A DNA stretch of 64,000 nucleotides from Vulcanimicrobiota bacterium (lineage in GTDB: Bacteria > Vulcanimicrobiota > Xenobia > Xenobiales > JADMJV01). Location of the stretch: assembly GCA_050250895.1 (NCBI GenBank), contig JBFWNU010000001.1, positions 1,352,008-1,416,007 on the forward strand, in the 5' to 3' direction. The position numbers were made by a program, and so were the translations under genes. The stretch's first letter is position 1. Every line of letters starts with the position of its first letter. Shown here one piece after another: positions 18,629 to 26,744 of the stretch. The notes below the pieces were generated by a model. It had not been told where the DNA came from. It worked only from the letters and a program-made list of their open reading frames with translations, and searched no databases.

Positions 18629-20224
18629 GTGAGAGCGAAGTATTGGATAGTGGGTCTGCTGCTGGCCTGTTTTTGCCTGCCGGCGTTGGCAGATGAAGCA
18701 CCCGTGGCCCGAGTCCGGAAGATCGACGGCAAGAAGCTGTTTTTTCAGCGAGAAGGCAAAAGCAACTGGTTGCTGGCCTTTCCGAACATGAAGAACTATC
18801 TCAAAGATAATCTTCGTACCGATGCCCAAACTAAAGCCGGTATTCAGTTCTTCGCCGGCGGCGAAGCTGGTCTCAATGCCGACACCGAGGTCGAGATTAT
18901 CTCGGCCACGGCTGTCGAAGGGGCCGGCAAGAACAAAGTCAAGGTCAACGCCGGCACGGTTTGGGCCAAAGTGGCCAAGCAGAAGGAAGAACTCCAGATT
19001 CAGACGGCCGGCGGGGTGATGGGTATCAAAGGCACCGAATTCGTGGTGCAGGTGATGCCTGACGGCTCGACCCAACTCTCGGTACTCGAAGGTCTGGTCG
19101 AGGTGGACTCTGGCTCCGGCCAGGCCTACGCCGCGAAACCCGGACATCGCGTGCAGTTCGGCGGCGGCCGGATCATCAACGCCGTGGTCTATCCCGAGGG
19201 TGAACTGCGCAACCTGTTGCGCGACGAATTGGGTCCCTTCGCCGGCCTGGTGGCCGATTTCTTGCTGGGACGATACTTGCACGTGGGCAGCCTGCTACCG
19301 CGCGAGGCGAGTTATTTCGTCGGCTACGGGCCCGCTCTGCGCAGTCCGTTCCGGGGCGCCTCCTATTACTCCATGCGAGGAGTCGGCGTCAGCAGCGCCC
19401 TGCTCAATCTGCCCTCGCGCTCCCCCAGTTACTGGCGCAGCCTCACCCGACCCAGTATTCCCAGTCTTCCAGGTGGCATTCGCTTTCCCCAGGCCCAGCG
19501 CGACGAAGTCAAGTTTGGCGCCGAAGAGCCAAACTGCCCGACCAATCTCGAGCCCAACGAGAAAGATGTCGATGGGGCTCCGACCTTCAAATGGAAGGGC
19601 ATCGATGGAGCCCGCCGCTACGGCATCATTGTCAGCGACAAGCCTTTCTCGGGGGTCAAGAAGCTCGAGGAAGACGCTCTCTGGTACGGCCAGGCCGACG
19701 GCAACGAGTTGACCTATCCTGAAGACGCGCCAGCTCTCGAGAAGGGCAAGCGCTATCACTGGCGCGTGATTCCGCTCACAGCCGATGGGAGTCCCACGGG
19801 CGAGGCATCCGAGACCTTCTTCAAGTCCGAGGGTTTCAAGCCTAGCAAACAGCCCAGTCTTGACTTCGCCTCGGGGCTGGTGCCGCTCGAACAAAAACTC
19901 GGGGCTCAGCGGCCCAAATTCCAATGGACCGCCGTGGAAGGCGCCAGCCGCTACGCATTGTTGGTCTCGAGCGCCGAGGTCGAGCCCGAGAAGATGGGCG
20001 AGGATCTCGACACGCTGGTATGGTCGGCCGAGACCGACCAGTTGTCGGTTGATTTTCCTGAGGCCGGCCCCAGTTTTGCCGCTGGTCGCTACTACTGGTT
20101 AGTGGTAGGTCTCGATGGCGAGGGCAAGCGGGTCGGCAAAGTCAGCCAGACCTGGTTTGAAACCGACGGTTGGGAAGGTCAGGGCGTGGAGCTTGCTCCC
20201 CTCGGCCCGGCCGCCGGAAAATAG
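18629..20224 (+). CDS. Exported FecR-domain protein with two tandem FN3/DUF928-like domains
   Basis: Signal peptide; DNLRT, IQTAGGVMGIKGTEF and VLEGLVEV (FecR); two copies of P.F.W..I/VxGA.RY...LxW...P..AP...G.Y.W.V. Confidence 0.8.
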   Translation: MRAKYWIVGLLLACFCLPALADEAPVARVRKIDGKKLFFQREGKSNWLLAFPNMKNYLKDNLRTDAQTKAGIQFFAGGEAGLNADTEVEIISATAVEGAGKNKVKVNAGTVWAKVAKQKEELQIQTAGGVMGIKGTEFVVQVMPDGSTQLSVLEGLVEVDSGSGQAYAAKPGHRVQFGGGRIINAVVYPEGELRNLLRDELGPFAGLVADFLLGRYLHVGSLLPREASYFVGYGPALRSPFRGASYYSMRGVGVSSALLNLPSRSPSYWRSLTRPSIPSLPGGIRFPQAQRDEVKFGAEEPNCPTNLEPNEKDVDGAPTFKWKGIDGARRYGIIVSDKPFSGVKKLEEDALWYGQADGNELTYPEDAPALEKGKRYHWRVIPLTADGSPTGEASETFFKSEGFKPSKQPSLDFASGLVPLEQKLGAQRPKFQWTAVEGASRYALLVSSAEVEPEKMGEDLDTLVWSAETDQLSVDFPEAGPSFAAGRYYWLVVGLDGEGKRVGKVSQTWFETDGWEGQGVELAPLGPAAGK

Positions 20225-23200
20225 ATGTCGACAGCTCGGTTCCGACTCATCGGAACCGCCGTAATCCTCGGATTACTGGTTGGATTGGCTCTGAGTTGGC
20301 AGCTGCCCAGCTCGGAGCTTTTTCTATCCGACATCGAGGTGCTGGCGGCTCGCCAGCTTCTTCCGGCCCGAGGCCGTGACGAACGACTTCGACTGGTGGC
20401 CGACTATCCTGACCAAGCCATCAGGCGGGACGTTGCCGCCGATGATCGCCAGGAGTTCGTGCTCGAGGTGCTGGCTCGAGGTGCCCGCGGGGTGCTGGTG
20501 ACATCCCCCGACTTTCTCGAGGGCACTCAGCTCGTGGAGGCGCTCGACGAGCTGCCCGTGGCCCTCTTTACCAGAGACTCTCTCGAAGCGATCGCGATCG
20601 AGGATTCTGACGGCCTGATTCGGCGGTTTCGCTGGCAGGCCGAGGCGGCCGGTCCTTTGAGAAGGGCCTTCCACTGGCTCGATGAGACCACACCCGAACT
20701 CGACTCCCGAGGCCTCTTTCGCCCTTTGTTGGCGCGTGCCGACCAGGATGTCGCGGCCGAGCGTTACTTCAACTCCTTCAAGCCGATTTCGTTGGCGAGT
20801 TTGCTCGAGCCCGACTTTCGCGAGGGTTTCTTGAGCCGGGTCGAAGGCTCGCTGGTGATCGTGGGCGACTTCGAGATGGAGGCGACCGGCGATGAATTCC
20901 ACACCAGTGGCGGCAAGCTGATGACCCTGACGGGGACCGCAGCCCTGCTGGACAGCCTTCTGGGCAAAGCCTTGCTCAAGGCCTGTCCGCTGGTGGTGTG
21001 GTTGCCGGGGGCGGCCGTCTTTCTCTGGTTGGCGGCCCTGGCTGCCATCCGTTTTCGACCCCTGTCAGCCTGCTTGGTCTTGATTTTGCTCGAATGGGTT
21101 AGCTTCACCGGTGGCGTCCTGGTGGCCACCTACGCGCAGCTGTTGATCCCGCTCGTGACGGGAGTGATCGGGATGCCGGTGGCCATGGGGTATGTCTTTC
21201 TCGAGCAACTGCGACGCTCGCGCGAGGTGGGCGAGGAGTTTGGGGCCAGGGAAGGCGTGCAGCTGGGAGGCCGTGAGCGTGAGGTGACGATCCTGTTCAC
21301 CAATCTGCCCGAGTATCTCAAGTTGCTCGAGAAACAGGGCGCCGCTGGTCAACTGAGTCGGCGTCGCGAATACAACCAGGTCGTGCTCGAGGCCTGCGCC
21401 CGCTACGGTGGGCGAGTGGTCGACTATCAGGGTGACGCCCAGATGATCGGCTTTGGCCTGGAGGAGAACGCCCCTCACGCCCAACAGGCTACGGCGGCCG
21501 CCTTGCTGGTGGTCGAGCGGGTGCAGGCGCTGGCGGGTAGCTGGGGAGTGGGCAACCCTGACCTTCTTAAAGTGCATGCCGGGGTTTGCACCGGGCCCGT
21601 GGCTCAGGGGCACGTCGGAGCCCGCCAGAAGATGGATATCGCGCTCATCGGTGACACCACCAACACCGCGGCCCGCCTGATGGGCGCAGCCATGAAGCTG
21701 GACGAACGGGTGGTCATTTCGTTGCCCACCCGCGAGGGATTGGGACAGGGCGTCGAAGGGCGCGAGCTCGAACCCGTCAGTCTGAAGGGCAAGGCCAAGC
21801 CGGTGCCCATCTTCGCTCCCGACCGCCTGCTCGAGCATCCTCCCGAGGTCGAGACGGACCAGGTGGTAGGCTCGATGGTCGAGTTGCCGCGAGACCGGGG
21901 CGCCAGCGGGGTGGCCATTTTGCTATCGACGCTGCTGGGCACGCTGTTGTGCGCCAACCCGGTCAGCGAGCAGCTGCTCCAGGGGGCTGAACAGGACCTG
22001 TATGATTTACGCCACCGGATGCTGGCGGCCGATGCTCCGGCCGAGGTGGTGGTGGCAGGCATCGACGAAGAGAGCCTCAATACGTTGGGGCCCTGGCCCT
22101 GGCCGAGGGCCTATCATGCCCAGATTGCGACCAACCTGTTCGAGGCTGGCGCCAGGGCTGTCTTCTACGATGTCCTTTTTGAAGAGGCTGGGGACGACGA
22201 ATATAGCGATCAAGAGCTCAGCCAGGCAGTCAAGGACTATCCCAATCTGGTGCTGGCCATGGCTTTGACCCGGGATCAGTTTGCGGTGGTCCCGGTCCCT
22301 CTCATGCCCGGGCTCGACGAAGACCAGATGCGAAAGCGTCTTCAGGTCGGTCACATCAACACCCGGCGCGACGCTGATGGAGTGGTTCGCAGCGCCATTC
22401 TGGCGGCTTGGGACCAGCAGGATCGTTTGTGGCCATCGGCGGCGCTGTCTTTATTGGGACACGCCACCGACAAGTCCTATCAGCAGCTCGAAGCTGACCG
22501 GCAACGACTGAGGCTGGGCAATCGCGAACTTCCGCTGCGGCCCGACCCTCAGAAGCCGTACGAGACGCTGATTGTCTATCGCCCTCCAGTGACCGGGCCG
22601 CAGGCCCAGGATCGGCCTGAGGGCTATGTTTCGGTTCATCGCCTGCTCGACCCCGAAGACCCCTTTTTCAAACGAGCCAGGGGCACGGTGGTGCTGATCG
22701 GACAAAACGTCAAGGACGAAAGAGACCTCTTTCGGACTCCCCTGGGTCCCATGAAAGGGGTCGAGATCCATGCCCAGACGCTGGCCACTTTGTGGAGTGG
22801 ACCCAGCCTGATTCAGGCCGGGCGGATTCGCTTTCTCTATCTTTTCGGTTGCTGCTTGCTGATGGGCGTAGCCACGACCCTGGCCCCAACCCGGGGGCGA
22901 ACCCTGGTCGTGGTCTTTTCGAGCGGCCTCTTCCTGGTCTTTCTCAACCTGGCCCTCTATCTCACCGGTTGGTGGTTTCCCCTGGCGGCCACCTGTGTGG
23001 GGGCCATCGGCTCGGCGGTCGCGGTGGTGCTGATGCGGTTCGTCTCTTCCCTGGACGCTGCTACGCGCTTTTTGCCGCGTGAGGTGGTGCACGCCCTGTT
23101 GTTCGAGAACCGTTTGCATGAGGGCCTGGTCGAGGCCACCGTCTTGTTGACCGACATTCGTGGCTACACCGCCATCTCCGAGACCCGTTCCCCGGTGGCG

Positions 23201-23692
23201 ATGCTCAATCTGCTCAACGACTATCACCAGCGCACCGTCAGTTGCTATGAGCGTTACGGTGGCTTGACCCTGACCTATCAGGGTGACGCGCAGATTGTGG
23301 TTTTTGGCGCTCTCGGCCGGCGCAAGCATCCCACCGCTGACGCTGTGCGAGCGGCCCTCGAATTGCAGCGGATAGTGCATCATTTTCGCCGCGACTATGG
23401 GATCGAGAGCGCCTCGGATTTCGCGGTGGGGGCCGGTTTGTGCACCGGTGAAGTGGCCATTGGCGTGCTGGGCGGCACCGGCCAGAAGCAGTATTCGGTC
23501 GTGGGCGAGACCGTGCGCAAGGCCCATAAGGTCCAGGGAATGAGCGACGAATTGGGGGCCTCGGTCATTCTCGACGCGGCCTCGGCGGCCCGTTGCGAGC
23601 AGAAGGTAGAAATGCGCTTCCTGGGTGAGGTCGAAATGAAGGGGCTGGAGCATCCCGAGGCGCTCTACGAGGCGGTGGATATGCTGTCCTAG
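20225..23692 (+). CDS. Membrane class III nucleotide cyclase with tandem CHASE2-TM-cyclase x2 architecture
   Basis: CHASE2 motifs (DSDGLIRR; IDEESL..LGPWPWPR, DADGVVR, GVEIHA) and two cyclase domains (YQGDAQ twice, CTG twice). Confidence 0.88.
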   Translation: MSTARFRLIGTAVILGLLVGLALSWQLPSSELFLSDIEVLAARQLLPARGRDERLRLVADYPDQAIRRDVAADDRQEFVLEVLARGARGVLVTSPDFLEGTQLVEALDELPVALFTRDSLEAIAIEDSDGLIRRFRWQAEAAGPLRRAFHWLDETTPELDSRGLFRPLLARADQDVAAERYFNSFKPISLASLLEPDFREGFLSRVEGSLVIVGDFEMEATGDEFHTSGGKLMTLTGTAALLDSLLGKALLKACPLVVWLPGAAVFLWLAALAAIRFRPLSACLVLILLEWVSFTGGVLVATYAQLLIPLVTGVIGMPVAMGYVFLEQLRRSREVGEEFGAREGVQLGGREREVTILFTNLPEYLKLLEKQGAAGQLSRRREYNQVVLEACARYGGRVVDYQGDAQMIGFGLEENAPHAQQATAAALLVVERVQALAGSWGVGNPDLLKVHAGVCTGPVAQGHVGARQKMDIALIGDTTNTAARLMGAAMKLDERVVISLPTREGLGQGVEGRELEPVSLKGKAKPVPIFAPDRLLEHPPEVETDQVVGSMVELPRDRGASGVAILLSTLLGTLLCANPVSEQLLQGAEQDLYDLRHRMLAADAPAEVVVAGIDEESLNTLGPWPWPRAYHAQIATNLFEAGARAVFYDVLFEEAGDDEYSDQELSQAVKDYPNLVLAMALTRDQFAVVPVPLMPGLDEDQMRKRLQVGHINTRRDADGVVRSAILAAWDQQDRLWPSAALSLLGHATDKSYQQLEADRQRLRLGNRELPLRPDPQKPYETLIVYRPPVTGPQAQDRPEGYVSVHRLLDPEDPFFKRARGTVVLIGQNVKDERDLFRTPLGPMKGVEIHAQTLATLWSGPSLIQAGRIRFLYLFGCCLLMGVATTLAPTRGRTLVVVFSSGLFLVFLNLALYLTGWWFPLAATCVGAIGSAVAVVLMRFVSSLDAATRFLPREVVHALLFENRLHEGLVEATVLLTDIRGYTAISETRSPVAMLNLLNDYHQRTVSCYERYGGLTLTYQGDAQIVVFGALGRRKHPTADAVRAALELQRIVHHFRRDYGIESASDFAVGAGLCTGEVAIGVLGGTGQKQYSVVGETVRKAHKVQGMSDELGASVILDAASAARCEQKVEMRFLGEVEMKGLEHPEALYEAVDMLS

Positions 23693-23761
23693 CCGGCCCG
23701 GAGAGGTCCTGTTGGGCGCCAGAGCGAAAGGACGGGCCGATTATTGGGAGGGAATTGTAGA

Positions 23762-25354
23762 ATGAGCGTGGACCTGACGAAATACGGCATCAAGGTGGAG
23801 ACGATCAAGAGAAACCTGGTGCCGGCGCGGCTCTACGAGCGAGCCCTGCGCGGAGAACGCGGGTCGGAGATGGTTGCCAACGGCGCTCTGGCGGTGAATT
23901 CGGGCGAGAAGACCGGGCGCAGCCCCAAAGACAAGCGCATCGTCGAACACGATCAGAGCAAAGGCGATGTCTGGTGGGGCGATGTCAATATTCCCCTCGA
24001 TGAGGTCACCTATCGCATCAACCACGAGCGGGCTATCGACTATCTCAATACTCGCGACGAAATCTACGTCTTTGATGGCTTCGCCGGCTGGGATCCCGAG
24101 TATCGCCTCAAGGTGCGCATCATCTGCACGCGACCCTATCATGCCCTGTTCATGCACAACATGCTGATTCGCCCGACCCACGAAGAACTCGAGAATTTTG
24201 GCGAGCCGGACTATATCGTGATCAACTCTGGCGCTTTTCCAGCCAATCGCTACACCCGCGGCATGACTTCCGACGCCAGCGTGGTGCTCAATTTCGAAGA
24301 GGGTCGGATCGTGATTCTGGGCACCGAGTATGCGGGCGAGATGAAGAAGGGCGTCTTCAGCGTGATGAACTATCTGATGCCCAAGCGCAAGGTGCTTCCC
24401 ATGCATTGCTCGGCCAACGAGGGCGAGGACGGCAAGGTCAGCCTGTTCTTCGGGCTCTCGGGCACCGGCAAGACCACTCTGTCGGCTGACCCGGCCCGCA
24501 AGTTGATCGGTGATGATGAACACTGCTGGACCGATAACGGAGTCTTCAACATCGAAGGCGGATGCTACGCCAAGTGTCTTGGCCTGCGGGGCGATTCCGA
24601 GCCCGAGATCTTCAACGCTATTCGCTTTGGTTCGGTATTGGAGAATGTCGTCTTCGATCGCGAGACCCGAGAAGTCGACTTCGACGACGCCAGCCTGACC
24701 CAAAACACCCGGGCCTCGTACCCGATTGACTATATTCCCAACGCCAAGATTCCGTGTGTGGGGGGCCACCCCAACCACATCATCCTGCTTACCTGCGACG
24801 CCTTCGGCGTCTTGCCCCCGGTCAGCCAGTTGACACCCGAGCAAGCGATGTATCACTTCATCAGTGGCTATACCGCCAAGGTCGCCGGCACCGAACAAGG
24901 CGTGACCGAGCCTCAGGCCACCTTCTCGGCCTGTTTCGGAGCTGCTTTCATGGTCTGGCACCCCAGCGTCTACGCCGAATTGCTGGCCGAGAAAATGCGC
25001 AAACACGACACCAAAGCCTGGTTGATCAACACCGGTTGGTCGGGCGGGGCCCACGGGGTGGGGCAGCGTTTTAAGTTGGCCTATACCCGGGCCATCATCG
25101 ATGCCATCCACGCTGGTCAACTCGATGGCGTCGCGACCCAGGTTGACCCGGTTTTCAAAGTAGCCGTGCCCACGGCCTGCCCGGGAGTGCCCAGCGAGCT
25201 GTTGATCGCTCGCAGTACCTGGACCGACGGAGCCGCCTATGACGCCACTGCCAGCAAGCTGGCCGACCTGTTCCACCAGAACTTCGAACAGTTTCGCGAG
25301 GGATCGAGTCAGGCTATTTGTGCAGCAGGGCCGCGCGTTACCGCCCATTCTTAA
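23762..25354 (+). CDS. pckA: Phosphoenolpyruvate carboxykinase (ATP)
   Basis: [42 protein letters not shown]. Confidence 0.97.
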   Translation: MSVDLTKYGIKVETIKRNLVPARLYERALRGERGSEMVANGALAVNSGEKTGRSPKDKRIVEHDQSKGDVWWGDVNIPLDEVTYRINHERAIDYLNTRDEIYVFDGFAGWDPEYRLKVRIICTRPYHALFMHNMLIRPTHEELENFGEPDYIVINSGAFPANRYTRGMTSDASVVLNFEEGRIVILGTEYAGEMKKGVFSVMNYLMPKRKVLPMHCSANEGEDGKVSLFFGLSGTGKTTLSADPARKLIGDDEHCWTDNGVFNIEGGCYAKCLGLRGDSEPEIFNAIRFGSVLENVVFDRETREVDFDDASLTQNTRASYPIDYIPNAKIPCVGGHPNHIILLTCDAFGVLPPVSQLTPEQAMYHFISGYTAKVAGTEQGVTEPQATFSACFGAAFMVWHPSVYAELLAEKMRKHDTKAWLINTGWSGGAHGVGQRFKLAYTRAIIDAIHAGQLDGVATQVDPVFKVAVPTACPGVPSELLIARSTWTDGAAYDATASKLADLFHQNFEQFREGSSQAICAAGPRVTAHS

Positions 25355-26065
25355 GTGCGGGTTCTCAGCTTCAATCTGCGCTGCGATATGCCGCCCATCG
25401 GCTGGTCCGAGCGCCGGGGCGAGGCGGCCGAGCTGGTCAGACGTTGCAACCCCGATGTGATCGGTTTTCAAGAGGTGCTCCCCCATCAGCGGGCCGACCT
25501 CGAACAAGACCTGCCTGGCTACCAGGTCTGTGGTCGGGGCCGGGACGCAGACGGCGGCGGCGAGCAGTGTTGTCTCTTCGTTCGGGCCGGCATCCGGATC
25601 GTGGAGCAGGACACCTTTTGGTTCGGACCTCATCCCGACCAGCCCGGTAGTCGGGCCTGGGACGCGATGTTCCCACGCATCTGCAGTTGGGTCCGGTTGC
25701 GCCGAGCCGGTGGCGAGGTGCTGGTGGCCAACGTCCACCTCGACCACCAGGGCGAGATATCCCGGCAGCAAGCGGCCGCCCAGTTGGCCGCCTGGCTCAG
25801 CGACCCCTGTATCTTGATGGGCGATTTCAATGCCGAGCCCGACTCGGTGGCCCTCACCAGCCTGCGTCAATGGCTGACCGACGCCTACTTCGCCGTGCAC
25901 GGGTCCTGGATTGGGACCTACCACGAGTTTGCCGGTGGCCATGACGGCCCCTGTATCGACTACATCCTGGTGGCGGGGGTTGAAATCGCCGCGGCCGAAG
26001 TGGTGGTCGCCGGTCCTCCCTTTCCGTCAGACCATCATCCTGTTATGGCCGATCTGATCCTTTAA
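25355..26065 (+). CDS. Endonuclease/exonuclease/phosphatase family protein
   Basis: SFNLR, GFQE, NVHLD, GDFN, IDYI, SDHHPV. Confidence 0.92.
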   Translation: MRVLSFNLRCDMPPIGWSERRGEAAELVRRCNPDVIGFQEVLPHQRADLEQDLPGYQVCGRGRDADGGGEQCCLFVRAGIRIVEQDTFWFGPHPDQPGSRAWDAMFPRICSWVRLRRAGGEVLVANVHLDHQGEISRQQAAAQLAAWLSDPCILMGDFNAEPDSVALTSLRQWLTDAYFAVHGSWIGTYHEFAGGHDGPCIDYILVAGVEIAAAEVVVAGPPFPSDHHPVMADLIL

Positions 26066-26127
26066 CGCTCTTGTGACGCCGGGGCGGTAAAGTTTCCTCA
26101 GTGAGATGAGCATTGGTTGGACCTAAC

Positions 26128-26153
26128 GCCCCGGCGAAAGCCGGGGCTTTTTC
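26128..26153 (+). terminator. Intrinsic terminator
   Basis: GCCCCGGC-GAAA-GCCGGGGC followed by TTTTT. Confidence 0.8.
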
Positions 26154-26176
26154 TTTGCCAAAGACTCTGGCCAGGC

Positions 26177-26548
26177 TCAAAGATGGCCGTCGATCACCAC
26201 TCGCAGGGGCGCCCGCCCCAGGTGTGGCGGCGCGTAGACCAGGGCCGCCACTGGGTCCAGACTGACCACTTCTTGCCGTTCATCCCAGTCGATGTCATTG
26301 GGATGATACAGCACCCTGTTCGAGTTTTGCTGCAAATCGACCAGCAGAGACTCGAGTGAGGCCAACATGCCCGGCGGCCCCGGCGGACACAAGCAGCCAT
26401 CGTCGTAGGAGCAGACCACGAAGTCAAACCAACCCGGCCCCATCTGCCTCGCGCCGGTCAGTTCAAGCTTGGGATGCCGGACTCTTAGCTCGGTCAGATC
26501 GAGGCGACAACCCGAGCATTCGATAATGACGATGGCGCACACAACCAC
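26177..26548 (-). CDS. Hypothetical Cys-containing protein
   Basis: 123-aa ORF with CSGC and C..DDGCLC; fills the gap divergent from an AT-rich promoter. Confidence 0.5.
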   Translation of the reverse strand: MVVCAIVIIECSGCRLDLTELRVRHPKLELTGARQMGPGWFDFVVCSYDDGCLCPPGPPGMLASLESLLVDLQQNSNRVLYHPNDIDWDERQEVVSLDPVAALVYAPPHLGRAPLRVVIDGHL

Positions 26549-26689
26549 GAACTATTCACCACTTCTCAGCGAGGACCTGGACGGCAAATTGGACACCGAA
26601 AAGTGTCCGCACATTTGAGAACTGGCTTATTGTAAAGCGCTCGATTTGTCCGGTTAACATTATGGATAGAAATTTTAACAAAACTAGTA

Positions 26690-26718
26690 TTTACCTTTTG
26701 ACCGTTTGCCCCCATAAT
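26690..26718 (+). promoter_or_regulatory. Putative sigma70 promoter
   Basis: TTTACC-N17-CATAAT in an AT-rich region upstream of the GGAAGGA RBS. Confidence 0.5.
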
Positions 26719-26744
26719 GTGAGTAGGTTCTCGGAAGGAAATGG

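Noticed and set aside
23741-25942. 733-aa antisense ORF opposite pckA/EEP
   Set aside because: Shadow of conserved genes; no recognisable domain
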